A stretch of 64,000 nucleotides of DNA from Parcubacteria group bacterium M6-OD1-4 (GTDB taxonomy: Bacteria > Patescibacteriota > Patescibacteriia > Patescibacteriales > UBA12465): contig LSNS01000004.1 of the NCBI GenBank assembly GCA_003056205.1, positions 55,870 through 119,869 on the forward strand. The letters run 5' to 3'. A model generated the notes under the pieces. The model was not told the DNA's origin. It did not search any database and worked only from the letters and a program-made list of their open reading frames with translations. Positions within the stretch are counted from its first letter, which is position 1. Each line of letters starts with the position of its first letter. The position numbers and the translations under genes are program-made. This document shows, piece by piece, positions 7,915 to 18,063 of this stretch.

Positions 7915-8559
7915 TCATGTTCTTGTAAATGTATCAAATTCCAAATACAGAATAGCACTAGCAGCGCCATAGCCGTTTTTGGAATATCGCCCTTCATGTT
8001 TTAATAAGCCAAGCACTTGTTCAACATATACAAAAGATAAACAAAGACCAGCATAATATCTTAGAATATCTTGCATTCCTAGAAAGAATAAAAAACGCAC
8101 TCTCTCTGGAAGTTTTCTAAACTTATAAATACATGATATTGGTGATAATGGCTTATTCTCCGGAAAAGCTAATGAATTGCTATACTTAGCTTTGTATAAA
8201 AACTCTGGAATAAGTCGTTCACATATCTCAATATATTCTGCTATGTTTTCGGAGCTATAACCAGATACATCTAATTTTAGCCTAAAACGCTCCAACACAT
8301 ATAAAAAAAGTATATACATCTGACCGCTGGCATTATAATCACCTGAGTAAATAATATCGTTAGAAATACATGATAATTTTAATTGCTCCATTTCTCTGAT
8401 GTACCTATTATTTTTTAAGATAAATACAGGTGTCATCTGCGGTAAGCTACCAAAAGCATTATAATAATCAAGAAAAGCAACTATGTTTATTATTTTACTC
8501 TCCTCATTATAAAAATAATTATAATTTTTTTCCATGGCTCTTATTTTAAAGTTCAACAA
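7915..8559 (-). CDS. Hypothetical protein (first gene downstream of tRNA-Gln)
   Basis: 214-aa ORF with no recognisable motifs. Not an integrase, despite its position next to the tRNA. Confidence 0.35.
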   Translation of the reverse strand: MLNFKIRAMEKNYNYFYNEESKIINIVAFLDYYNAFGSLPQMTPVFILKNNRYIREMEQLKLSCISNDIIYSGDYNASGQMYILFLYVLERFRLKLDVSGYSSENIAEYIEICERLIPEFLYKAKYSNSLAFPENKPLSPISCIYKFRKLPERVRFLFFLGMQDILRYYAGLCLSFVYVEQVLGLLKHEGRYSKNGYGAASAILYLEFDTFTRT

Positions 8560-8617
8560 AATATTTATTTAAATATAAAAAAAGCATATCATACGATATA
8601 CTTTTTGTCAAGACTTG

Positions 8618-8688
8618 CTCGGGGACAGGGATTTGAACCCCGATTAACTGGACCAGAACCAGTCGTCCTACCATTAGACGATCCCCGA
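8618..8688 (-). tRNA. tRNA-Gln (anticodon CTG)
   Basis: Reverse complement tcggggatcgtctaatggtaggacgactggttctggtccagttaatcggggttcaaatccctgtccccgag folds as a cloverleaf. 7-bp acceptor tcgggga/tccccga, anticodon stem actgg/ccagt, loop ttCTGgt. Confidence 0.85.
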
Positions 8689-8710
8689 ATATTTTTTATT
8701 ATATTTTTTA

Positions 8711-10231
8711 TTAATCTTTCTTTTCGTTTTTTTCTGATCGGGGTTTCATCAGCGGAAAAAGAGTAGTTTCTCGCAATGGTTTATCTACTAAAAAGGCGAA
8801 TAAACGTTCTCCAAAACCAAAACCACAAGTCGGAGGCATACCATATTCCAACATCTCGACAAATTCCCAATCAGGCATCATCGCTTCTTGATCACCTTGA
8901 TCAATTAATTTTTGTTGGAGTTCAAAACGTGCTTGTTGATCTTGGGGATCATTTAACTCTGAAAAACCATTCGCTAATTCACTACCAGCAATAATTACTT
9001 GAAAACGTTCTGTTAATTCTGGATTATCAACTTTAGCTTTAGATAAAGGTGAAACTAACTTAGGATGATTGATTAGAAATACTGGACCAGCAATATTCCG
9101 ACGACAATATTTCCAAAGAGTATCTGTTAAACGTTCCCGATTGGTCCCCTCGTACTTGACCTGTAATTTTTGTAGAGTGCTCATCATTTCTTGTTCGGAA
9201 GATTTCAAAACATCGATTCCGGTCTGTCGCAAAACCTCACTCTGATAATCTAATCGTGGCCATTCACCAGCTAAATCATAATGGAAATTTTTAGTGGTGA
9301 ATTTTGTTGTTTCAAAAACTTTTAAAGCTATTTCTTGAAATAAATCTTGAGTTAATTTCATGCCGTCCTCATAGTTAGCATAGGCCCAATAAAACTCCAT
9401 ATTGGTAAATTCTTGAAGATGATCAGGACTAGAGCCCTCGTTACGATATACTCGTCCAATTTCAAAAGTTTTTTCAAAACCAGCAGCCATTAATCTTTTC
9501 TGCCAAAGTTCCCCCACTGAAATGCGCATAAAAACATCTAAATCAAAATCATCATGATGAGTTTTAAAGGGATTAGCTTCTGCTCCACCAGTAGTCGTTT
9601 CAATTGTGGGAGTCTCGACCTCAAAAAATCCTTTTTCTTTCATGAAGTTACGAGTTACTTCCCAAAATTTAGCTTTTTTATAAAAAATTTCTCGAAGCTC
9701 GGGATTAAGTAAAAGATCTAAATAACGTTTTCGTAAGCGGTCATCTTCATCCTTTAAACCATACCAAGAATCAGGAATGGGACGTAGTGATTTCGTCAGT
9801 AATTGCCAATCTTTGACCATGACGCTTTTTTCCCCTTGATGAGTAAGAAAAACCTGTCCCTGAATAGCAATAAAATCACCAAGATCAATCAATTTAAGAA
9901 AATTATGATAAGAATCGGAGCCTAACTCTTTTTTAGAAAAAGCTAATTGAATTTTAGCTGAGGCATCTTCTAAATCGGCAAAAGTTAAATTACCATGCTC
10001 TCTTCGGCCTCGTAAACGTCCCACAATATGAAAAACTTTTTCTGATTTATTAAAATCATCAAAATCATCTAGAATGGTTTTAATTTTTTGATCACGTTTA
10101 ACTTGGGCGGGATAGGGATTAATACCCAGTTTGAGTAACTCTGCTAATTTTTTCAGACGATCTTGATGTTCACCACTGGCGGAGTGCTGAAGTTCTTGAT
10201 CTGCTGATTTTATTGAAGAAGTGCTAGACAT
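8711..10231 (-). CDS. lysS: Lysine--tRNA ligase (class II)
   Basis: 506 aa. Class II motifs including ELANGFSELNDPQDQ and the FGxGxxR motif-3 region, with an OB-fold anticodon-binding N-terminus. Confidence 0.9.
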   Translation of the reverse strand: MSSTSSIKSADQELQHSASGEHQDRLKKLAELLKLGINPYPAQVKRDQKIKTILDDFDDFNKSEKVFHIVGRLRGRREHGNLTFADLEDASAKIQLAFSKKELGSDSYHNFLKLIDLGDFIAIQGQVFLTHQGEKSVMVKDWQLLTKSLRPIPDSWYGLKDEDDRLRKRYLDLLLNPELREIFYKKAKFWEVTRNFMKEKGFFEVETPTIETTTGGAEANPFKTHHDDFDLDVFMRISVGELWQKRLMAAGFEKTFEIGRVYRNEGSSPDHLQEFTNMEFYWAYANYEDGMKLTQDLFQEIALKVFETTKFTTKNFHYDLAGEWPRLDYQSEVLRQTGIDVLKSSEQEMMSTLQKLQVKYEGTNRERLTDTLWKYCRRNIAGPVFLINHPKLVSPLSKAKVDNPELTERFQVIIAGSELANGFSELNDPQDQQARFELQQKLIDQGDQEAMMPDWEFVEMLEYGMPPTCGFGFGERLFAFLVDKPLRETTLFPLMKPRSEKNEKKD

Positions 10232-10249
10232 ATAGTTTAAATATGAATT

Positions 10250-10708
10250 TTAACTTACTTTAATAATTTTATATTTTACCCGGCCGTTAGGCGTTTCTAC
10301 TTCAACCTCTTCTCCGGAATGTCTATTTAAAAAAGCAACTCCGAGGGGTGATTCGTTGGAAATTTTTCCCTGAAGTGGATCGGCTTCATTAAAACTGACG
10401 ATAACATACTCTTTTTTACCGCCAGCTGAACGAACCAGCACTTTAGAACCCATGGCTACTTTTCCGTGAGAAGTTGTATTCTGAACAACAGTTACATTCT
10501 TTAAAGTATTCGATAACTCTGAAACTCGCCCCTCATTTAAGGCTTGAGCATCCTTTGCTTCGCTATACTCAGCATTTTCACTAAGATCACCATGCTCTTT
10601 AGCGCGCTCAATTCGCTCCGCAATTTCCTTTCGTCGTACCGTTGATAATAAGTTAAGCTCAGTCTTTAGTTTATCGTAGCCCTCCTGAGAAATAATTTGT
10701 TCGTTCAT
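10250..10708 (-). CDS. greA: Transcription elongation factor GreA
   Basis: 152 aa. Gre-factor fingerprint: N-terminal coiled-coil with GDLSENAEY, C-terminal FKBP-like domain. Confidence 0.85.
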   Translation of the reverse strand: MNEQIISQEGYDKLKTELNLLSTVRRKEIAERIERAKEHGDLSENAEYSEAKDAQALNEGRVSELSNTLKNVTVVQNTTSHGKVAMGSKVLVRSAGGKKEYVIVSFNEADPLQGKISNESPLGVAFLNRHSGEEVEVETPNGRVKYKIIKVS

Positions 10709-10741
10709 AATTTTATTCTTAAATGTTGAATATTAACAGAT

Positions 10742-12238
10742 TTAATATACTCTATTTGGCCAAATTAGACAAGAGCTAATAACCAAAAAACCAATTCCTA
10801 AAGGATGATTAAGGTAGGGGGTAAAAGTATGGGTCAAGGCTAAAAATATAATTCCCGTAGGCAAAGCATAAAATAAATAATTTGTAGTTTTCTTTGCTAA
10901 ACCTAAGCTATCAATAACTAATTTTAACAAAAACCATAAATAAGCCAATAAACCCAAGAAACCAATTTTTAGCCAAATACTTAAATAACCCCATTCAAAA
11001 GCATAAGTAGTATAACGACCAGTCGGATTCTTCTGTAAAACTCGAGGATCATGAGAAAAATAAGTAATAGTTGAACCGAAACCCTGACCCAATAGGGGTT
11101 GTTGTTTAATAGCCCTTGTTAAAATGGGAAGTAAGGCCCAACGAGAAGCAATCGCTGCTCCACTATTACTGGTCGTTCGCTTTAAGATACTTTGATCAAA
11201 ATTAGCAGATTTAGTTTGCCAATAGGGCCAAGCACTGATTAAATAAATAAAACTTAAACTTAAAATACTAACAGTCAAAAGCCAAATTCCAATTTTCACT
11301 ATTTTTTTCCAACCCCAACGAAAGCAAATTAAAATTAAACTGAAAACTAAAGCTCCTACAAAACCAAACCAAAAGCTACGAGAAAAACTTAACAATAGAG
11401 TACTTAAGAATAAAGCGGCTAATCCCAAACTTAATAAATTTCTAGTTTGAAAGAATTGTTTAAATTTAAAATGCCAAGCTTGAAACCAAAGAACAAAAAA
11501 GAAAGCAATGGCCGAAAAACTTTGGCTTTGAATAAAAATTCTTGGCCAACCCGTTAAGGTCGGAGTAATTTCTCCGCTAATCGTTCGTCGTAACCAAAAA
11601 TAAATATCTGGTCGTAAAGCTAAATGGTGAGTAAAAACAAATAATAAAAATAAAGTCTCTAAACTGAGAAATAAGGTACCACTTAAAAAAACAAAACGTA
11701 AACGTCGTAAGACTGCGGATTGGTGTTGCCCATAAACGATAATAGCGGGAAAGATTAAGAGAAAATAAAACCAGGCATTAACATCGGAGAAGATAATAAA
11801 GGGATTGTGCTGACGCCAAAAACCATTAACTACGCCAATTAAAATAAAAATAAATAATATCCCAATAATTTTCCAACCAGAAAACTTCCGTAAACTTTGT
11901 AAATAAGTAGACGGAGCTTTTTGAAATATTAATTGTTTAAGTAATTGTCCGGTAAAAACTAACATCAGAATTGACCAAAGAGCAATCCGAATCGCTAGTT
12001 GATAATTACCAATATTAAGATAGAAGAGATGACCTAAAGAACCAATTAATAATTCAGCCAAGACAATTAATAGACCATACTCTAATTTATACAGACTTAA
12101 TCCTAAAGTTATTAAGACGAGAATTAAAAAACTAAGTTGATTAACAATTGGAAAAAAAACACCATTAAAAGATAAGATTTCTATTATTAAAAAAATTAAT
12201 AAAGCGCCAATTAATGATAATTTTGGGTGAGTATTCAT
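10742..12238 (-). CDS. O-antigen ligase/polymerase-like polytopic membrane protein (Wzy/WaaL family)
   Basis: 498 aa with more than 10 predicted TM segments and a large periplasmic loop. Sits next to glycosyltransferases. Confidence 0.45.
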   Translation of the reverse strand: MNTHPKLSLIGALLIFLIIEILSFNGVFFPIVNQLSFLILVLITLGLSLYKLEYGLLIVLAELLIGSLGHLFYLNIGNYQLAIRIALWSILMLVFTGQLLKQLIFQKAPSTYLQSLRKFSGWKIIGILFIFILIGVVNGFWRQHNPFIIFSDVNAWFYFLLIFPAIIVYGQHQSAVLRRLRFVFLSGTLFLSLETLFLLFVFTHHLALRPDIYFWLRRTISGEITPTLTGWPRIFIQSQSFSAIAFFFVLWFQAWHFKFKQFFQTRNLLSLGLAALFLSTLLLSFSRSFWFGFVGALVFSLILICFRWGWKKIVKIGIWLLTVSILSLSFIYLISAWPYWQTKSANFDQSILKRTTSNSGAAIASRWALLPILTRAIKQQPLLGQGFGSTITYFSHDPRVLQKNPTGRYTTYAFEWGYLSIWLKIGFLGLLAYLWFLLKLVIDSLGLAKKTTNYLFYALPTGIIFLALTHTFTPYLNHPLGIGFLVISSCLIWPNRVY

Positions 12239-12290
12239 AATTTAATCTATTTAAAATAAACTAAAAACTAAATTTAAAAAATAATACTTT

Positions 12291-12818
12291 CTAAGAGCTA
12301 ACAATAACTTGATCGCCAATTTTTAAACTATGTTGTTTACTATAATTAGCGTTAACTTCTAAAACTTGATCAGCGGGACCACCACTCTTATAAATTTTTA
12401 ATGGTCCCTGGCTGGCTGGTGCTAAATTAGCAGCAATATTAACAATCCGTTTCTGATTAATAAAAATGATATCTAGGGGGAAATGCATGCGACGCATAAC
12501 AAATTCCCTTTCTTGATGATTATTAAAATTAAATAACATCCCACAATTAGGACACAAAGTAGCCCGATCGCTTAAACCTTGATATTGCTCTTGAGGAGTA
12601 CTTGCCACTTGAGCAACTATCAATTGATGATTAATACTCACTTTAACTGTCGGAAGCTGTTCTTGATTAATAATAATTGATGAACGCTGACTAATTTGAG
12701 ATCCAGGTACAAATTTAGGAATAATCAAAGCCAGTAAACCAACAAAAATTAAAAAAATACTTATTTTAATCAAATAATCAATAAAAGAATCCTGAGAAGA
12801 TATTTTAGGAAAGCCCAT
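12291..12818 (-). CDS. DUF192 (COG1430) family protein
   Basis: 175 aa. N-terminal TM anchor, and CPNCGMLFNF...HFPLDIIFIN matches the DUF192 core. Confidence 0.5.
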   Translation of the reverse strand: MGFPKISSQDSFIDYLIKISIFLIFVGLLALIIPKFVPGSQISQRSSIIINQEQLPTVKVSINHQLIVAQVASTPQEQYQGLSDRATLCPNCGMLFNFNNHQEREFVMRRMHFPLDIIFINQKRIVNIAANLAPASQGPLKIYKSGGPADQVLEVNANYSKQHSLKIGDQVIVSS

Positions 12819-13506
12819 GTTTTTCTTTAATTATTTTTAAAGCTAAATTATACTTTTTAACTACTGGCAAAAAAGGACATAATTTATAAATTATTGATGG
12901 TAACCAAGAACTAATTGTTCCACCAGGACTAATTTTAAAGAGAACTTGATTAAGCCAAAAACCACTCTTACCCTGCTCCAGCATCGTTAACCATAAATCC
13001 CAATCTTGAAATTTTTTTATTTTTTCATCCCAAGCATCCACCGGAAAATCTGCCCGACGAATTAAGGCCATGGTATGAATACCGGGAGCAGTTCGTAATC
13101 GATCGGGATTAAATTCGCCAACTTTAAAAAGTTTTCGCCCCCAATAGAAAGAAGGATAAACATAACTAGCCTCAGGATGTTCAATTAAGGTTTTCAACAT
13201 CATTTCTAAGGCTTCCCTTTTTAAAATGGCATCCGCATCACAAAAAAATAAATAATCACCATGTGCCCGTTGATAACCATGATTACGAGCTGCCGGAGCT
13301 CCGCGATGTTCTTGATTAAGAAATAAATACTGATGATCAGTTTTCAATTTTTGATAATAATTAGCAAATATTTTTTCCACTTGATCCCGAGAACCATCGT
13401 TAACAATAATTACTTCATAATCAGTCAGCGTTTGGTAGGCAATACTTTCTAAAGTTTTAATTAATTTGGAAGCCTGATTATAAACAGGAATAATAATAGA
13501 AATCAT
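12805..13506 (-). CDS. Glycosyltransferase family 2
   Basis: 233 aa. N-terminal ISIIIPVYNQ....DYEVIIVNDGS (GT-A fold, DxD-type). Confidence 0.7.
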   Translation of the reverse strand: MISIIIPVYNQASKLIKTLESIAYQTLTDYEVIIVNDGSRDQVEKIFANYYQKLKTDHQYLFLNQEHRGAPAARNHGYQRAHGDYLFFCDADAILKREALEMMLKTLIEHPEASYVYPSFYWGRKLFKVGEFNPDRLRTAPGIHTMALIRRADFPVDAWDEKIKKFQDWDLWLTMLEQGKSGFWLNQVLFKISPGGTISSWLPSIIYKLCPFLPVVKKYNLALKIIKEKHGLS

Positions 13507-13511
13507 AAATA

Positions 13512-14597
13512 TTATTGCTTAATTAAAGATACTAACTTAAAAATTTGTTTTGACCAATTAAATTTCTGGACCGCCCGTAAACGACCTTGTGCTCCTAATT
13601 TCTGCCGTAAATCGCCATCCAGGATTAATCTACCAAGAGCTTTTTTAAGATCTTCTATATTTTCTGAATCAACTAATAAACCATTATAATTATCTTGAAC
13701 AGCATCAGCGACACCGCCAGAGCGACCAGCAATTACCGGAGTACTGGTCAAATTAGCTTCTAAATAAACAATCCCAAAACCTTCATAATCGCCAGCAATT
13801 TTTCGAGCAGGCATAATAAAGATATCACTTTTCTCTAACCAGAGCCATTTATCTTTTTCGCTAATTGCCCCTAAAAAAATAATTTGCGAGGAAAGCGTAG
13901 TCGGCGCTAAATTTTTTAAATACTCTTCATCAGGACCTTGCCCAGCAATAACATAAACTACTTGCTGAAGCATCTCGGTTGGTAACTCACCCAGAGCCTG
14001 GAGCACTTGATCAAATCCTTTTCGTCTGACAAGACGTCCTAAACTAAATAGAATTGTTTTATTATCTAAATTATAACGAGTATTTAAATTTTGTAAATCT
14101 GACGTACTTGCTAGTGCCTGGTTAGGATTAATACCAGGATTAATTAGAATTATTTTTTTCTGAATTCGCGGATAAAAATCAGCAACTTGTTTCGCCACAT
14201 AACTATTAGCACAAATAATCTTTTGTGCTCGTTTCAAAATAAAACGAGTTAATAATTTTTTTCGTTTAGTTTTTAAAGCTAGAGACCAGTCTAGACCATG
14301 TAAAAAAACAGCATATTTAAGAGGTTTAAATAAGGATAAAAGAGCGGTTACCGTTCCGAGAGGTAAAATTTGACCAACCAGAACATAATCAATCTGATCC
14401 CGTTGGACTTGCCTTTTTAGAACTCCTAAAGCTCGCCACCAAGATAAAAACCCCAGATTAGATTGTAATTCTTGCTGATTATTATTGAGAACAACTATTT
14501 TTTCTTCACGGGGCCAATATTTAACTAAATTACCATAATAATTAGCCACCCCCCCTTGAAAAGGTGGAAATTCTAAAGTAAAAAGCAAAGTTTTCAT
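13512..14597 (-). CDS. Glycosyltransferase family 1/4 (GT-B)
   Basis: 361 aa. C-terminal EGFGIVYLEA...GGVADAV motif typical of GT4. Confidence 0.7.
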   Translation of the reverse strand: MKTLLFTLEFPPFQGGVANYYGNLVKYWPREEKIVVLNNNQQELQSNLGFLSWWRALGVLKRQVQRDQIDYVLVGQILPLGTVTALLSLFKPLKYAVFLHGLDWSLALKTKRKKLLTRFILKRAQKIICANSYVAKQVADFYPRIQKKIILINPGINPNQALASTSDLQNLNTRYNLDNKTILFSLGRLVRRKGFDQVLQALGELPTEMLQQVVYVIAGQGPDEEYLKNLAPTTLSSQIIFLGAISEKDKWLWLEKSDIFIMPARKIAGDYEGFGIVYLEANLTSTPVIAGRSGGVADAVQDNYNGLLVDSENIEDLKKALGRLILDGDLRQKLGAQGRLRAVQKFNWSKQIFKLVSLIKQ

Positions 14598-14724
14598 AAA
14601 TTTCTATTAACTCTAATTAGTCTTGATTAAATTTAGAACTTATGCTACCATCATATTACCATAAAATAAAAATAAATATAATAAAGATTTTATTAAATAT
14701 CAATAAAATCTTTTTTACCTTATT

Positions 14725-15060
14725 ATGAAAACCAATACGCATCCTAAATATTATCCAAATTGTAAAGTAACTTGTGTCTGTGGCAATACTTTTTTAACTG
14801 GCTCTACCGAACCAGAGATTAAAGTTGAACTTTGTTCAGCCTGTCATCCTTTTTATACTGGTAAACAGAAACTGGTTGATAGTGCACGACGAGTTGAAAA
14901 ATTTACCTCAAAATTAAAAGCTCGCGAAACTTTATCAAAAGATAAAAAAGGCAAAAAAGTTAAACGTGCTGCCCGCGCAAAGGTTCGGGCCAAGAAGGAA
15001 GTAGTCGTCAAGACCACTGATTTGAAAAAGATTGCTCAGGTAAAATTAAGCAAAAAATAA
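14725..15060 (+). CDS. rpmE: 50S ribosomal protein L31 with a Lys-rich C-terminal extension
   Basis: Core sequence HPKYY..CxC....[13 protein letters not shown]; about 45 extra basic residues at the C-terminus. Confidence 0.85.
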   Translation: MKTNTHPKYYPNCKVTCVCGNTFLTGSTEPEIKVELCSACHPFYTGKQKLVDSARRVEKFTSKLKARETLSKDKKGKKVKRAARAKVRAKKEVVVKTTDLKKIAQVKLSKK

Positions 15061-15179
15061 GACTATTTAAACAACGAAGCTTAATTATTGATTGCTTTTA
15101 TGCTAAAATAATTAGAGACTAGTTGTTTTTTAGTATCTCAAAAGTTTTCAATCTTTAAAACTTTAAATTCAAAATTTCT

Positions 15180-16259
15180 ATGTATGAAGAAATTAAAACT
15201 AAATTTGCTAAATTAGAGAAAGAATTAATGGACCCAGCAATTGCTCAAGATCAAAAGAAAATCATTAAAATTTCTCAAGAACATGCTAATTTGAGAAAAA
15301 TTATTGCTGACATTTTAAAATTGGAAAAAGTACAAGAAGATATTCAACAAAATAACGAAATTATTTCTCAAGACAATGAAGCCGAACTACAAAGTCTAGC
15401 TCAAGAAGAACTAGGTATTTTAAAACATAAAGCCCAAGAATTAACCGAAAGAATAGAAGCCGAATTACACCCCGCAAGTCCAAATGATAAAAAAAATGCG
15501 ATTATTGAAATTCGGGCTGGAACAGGTGGTGATGAAGCGGCTTTATTCGCCGGTGATTTATTTCGGATGTATTCACGTTATTGTGAACGCCATCATTGGA
15601 AACTGAGCTTAATCAACTCTAGTATTATGGGTTTAGGAGGCTTTAAAGAAATTATCTTTAAAGTAAGCGGTCTTGGTGCTTATGGTCTTCTAAAATTTGA
15701 AGCTGGCACCCATCGAGTACAACGGGTTCCCGAAACTGAAAAACAAGGACGAGTTCACACCTCGACAGCAACTGTTGTTGTCTTACCAGAGGCAGAAGAA
15801 ATTGATATTGAAATTAAACCTAGCGATCTCCGCATTGATACTTTTTGTTCTAGTGGACCAGGTGGGCAAAGCGTTAATACCACTTACTCGGCCATCAGAA
15901 TTCTCCATTTACCAACCGGACTAATTGTCAGTTGCCAGGACCAAAAATCACAACATCAGAATAAAGAACAAGCTTTACAGGTCCTACGTTCACGCCTCCT
16001 AGCGAAGCACGAAGAAGAACAACGGCAGGCTAACTCTCAGACTAGAGAGTCCCAAGTTGGTGCGGGAAATCGAGTAGATAAGATTAGAACTTATAATTTT
16101 TCTCAAGACCGAGTTACCGATCATCGTCTTAATATTTCTTGGCATAATATTGCCAAAATAATGGACGGAGAAATTGATGAACTAATTTTAGCTTTAAAAA
16201 ATGCTGATCAAAATAAAACTAATAAACAAACTCGGGTTTCAGCTCAAAAAGAAGACTAG
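15180..16259 (+). CDS. prfA: Peptide chain release factor 1
   Basis: 359 aa. GGQ motif ([10 protein letters not shown]) and an RF1-type P-x-T tripeptide region (RVPETE). Confidence 0.9.
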   Translation: MYEEIKTKFAKLEKELMDPAIAQDQKKIIKISQEHANLRKIIADILKLEKVQEDIQQNNEIISQDNEAELQSLAQEELGILKHKAQELTERIEAELHPASPNDKKNAIIEIRAGTGGDEAALFAGDLFRMYSRYCERHHWKLSLINSSIMGLGGFKEIIFKVSGLGAYGLLKFEAGTHRVQRVPETEKQGRVHTSTATVVVLPEAEEIDIEIKPSDLRIDTFCSSGPGGQSVNTTYSAIRILHLPTGLIVSCQDQKSQHQNKEQALQVLRSRLLAKHEEEQRQANSQTRESQVGAGNRVDKIRTYNFSQDRVTDHRLNISWHNIAKIMDGEIDELILALKNADQNKTNKQTRVSAQKED

Positions 16260-16279
16260 GAATTAATGAAAAAACAAAC

Positions 16280-17218
16280 ATGAGCATCTCGCCACAACAA
16301 TCATCACCATCAATTCTTAATATTCAGCAGGTTTTTAAAAATTCCTCTCAGACTCCACTAGAAACCCAAATTCTTTTATCTTTTTTGTTAAAAAAACCTC
16401 CCGAATTTATTCTGGCACATCCAGAAACTAAAATTTCTTCATTAATTTATAAAAAATTTAAAGTTTTAGAAAAAAAACGTCAAAAAAATTATCCCCTAGC
16501 CTATTTAATTGGACAAAAGTCATTTTATAAATTAGATTTTAAAATCAGTTCGGCAGTTCTCTGTCCTCGTCCGGAAACAGAATTGTTAGTTACTGAAGTC
16601 TTAAAAGAGATTAGCCAAAATAAGAACAAACAAAAAAAACCAAAAAAAATCATTATTATTGACATCGGCACTGGTTCGGGGGCAATTATTATTAGTTTAG
16701 CCCAAGAAATAAAACAGTTTTGGCCAGCGATTTTTAGAAACACTAAATTCATTGCTAGTGATATTTCCCAATCTGCTCTCAAAATTGCTAAAGAAAATAG
16801 TAAAATCCAAGGTTTTCAAACTAAAATAAAATTCTATCACAGCAATCTTTTAGCAACAATTAAGCTCCAGCCTTCAGAACTATTAAACTCTCAATTGATT
16901 ATTACCGCTAATTTACCCTATCTCACCCCACCACAAATTAAAAAGGCTCCGACAATTAGTCGTGAACCCTTAATCGCCCTGGATGGCGGTTCAGATGGTT
17001 TGAAATATTATCGTCAACTATTCTTAGAATTAGCTAGTGTTTCTAATTTAGTTCAAAAAAAGAAAAGCTTGCAAAGTTTTTCAATTTTTTGTGAAATTAA
17101 TCCTGAACAAAAAAAGAAAATAGAGTTATTGATGAAAAAACGTTTTCATAATTTCCAATTAAAATTTTGTCAAGATTTAAGAAATAAAACTCGTTTAGCA
17201 ATTTTAAAAATAGATTAA
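16280..17218 (+). CDS. prmC: Release-factor glutamine N5-methyltransferase PrmC/HemK
   Basis: 312 aa. SAM motif IIDIGTGSGAI and an NLPY (NPPY-like) substrate motif. Immediately downstream of prfA, as in the canonical operon. Confidence 0.75.
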   Translation: MSISPQQSSPSILNIQQVFKNSSQTPLETQILLSFLLKKPPEFILAHPETKISSLIYKKFKVLEKKRQKNYPLAYLIGQKSFYKLDFKISSAVLCPRPETELLVTEVLKEISQNKNKQKKPKKIIIIDIGTGSGAIIISLAQEIKQFWPAIFRNTKFIASDISQSALKIAKENSKIQGFQTKIKFYHSNLLATIKLQPSELLNSQLIITANLPYLTPPQIKKAPTISREPLIALDGGSDGLKYYRQLFLELASVSNLVQKKKSLQSFSIFCEINPEQKKKIELLMKKRFHNFQLKFCQDLRNKTRLAILKID

Positions 17219-17375
17219 TAATTCTCTGACTAATTGCTGGTTGCTAATTAATAATAAATACTAAACCACCTTGATTAAGTTAAGAGAATAAATAATAAAT
17301 TCAAGATTCAAAAAAGACAAGTATATTAACTTGTCTTTTTATTTCAAATAAAATTGATTTATTCTAGCTATTTTT

Positions 17376-18059
17376 TTACTCTTTCCGGCCACTGTTAGAA
17401 TTTTCCTTTTTTTCTTCTCCCTTCCCTTCAGAGTTTTCTTTGCTACTCTCGGAATTCTTTTCTGATTCTCCGCCTTCGCTTTCACTGGTTGCTTCCGCTT
17501 CTTCAGTCTCTTCTAGCTCTATAGCCTTCGGTTCACGAACAGCAGCAATCACGTCATTCGTCTCTCGGACTAAAGTTAAACCATTAGGTAGTTGTAGATC
17601 ATTAACACGAATAGCATTATTAAAAGTCTCTAAGACAGAAATATCAATATCAAGATGATCAACTAAATCACTAGGTAAACATTCTACTTCTAAAACATTT
17701 AATTCTTTAACTAAAGTTCCGCCAAGTTCTTTCACAGCTTTAGACTCGCCAATGAAAGCGAGAGGGATTTCCGCTGTAGTCTTTTCTTTCATATTAACTT
17801 GATAAAAATCAACATGAATAAAAGAACCTTTAATGATATCTTTTTGGGTGTCCTTAACTAAAACTTTTACCGCCCCTGAACCATAATCTAAATCAATTAG
17901 ATTTGATTCCCCAGCTTCCTTAAATGTTTTATCAAAATCATTTTTTTTAATCTTTAAAATTTGATTTTTAATTTCTTTCCCATACAAAACTCCGGGAATA
18001 AAATCAGAAGACAATTTTTCACGAGTTTCACGAGTTTGGGCTTTTAATTTGATGGTCAT
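17376..18059 (-). CDS. rplY: 50S ribosomal protein L25/Ctc with an acidic/Ser-rich C-terminal tail
   Basis: MTIKLKAQTRE...FIPGVLYG N-terminus typical of L25. Start chosen at the internal Met (18059) because the upstream 15 codons overlap rodA. Confidence 0.75.
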   Translation of the reverse strand: MTIKLKAQTRETREKLSSDFIPGVLYGKEIKNQILKIKKNDFDKTFKEAGESNLIDLDYGSGAVKVLVKDTQKDIIKGSFIHVDFYQVNMKEKTTAEIPLAFIGESKAVKELGGTLVKELNVLEVECLPSDLVDHLDIDISVLETFNNAIRVNDLQLPNGLTLVRETNDVIAAVREPKAIELEETEEAEATSESEGGESEKNSESSKENSEGKGEEKKENSNSGRKE

Positions 18060-18063
18060 AAAT

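Noticed and set aside
7781-7972. 63-aa plus-strand ORF at the 3' end of the 214-aa gene
   Set aside because: It overlaps the minus-strand gene terminus and the degenerate repeat E. No motif and no ribosome-binding context.
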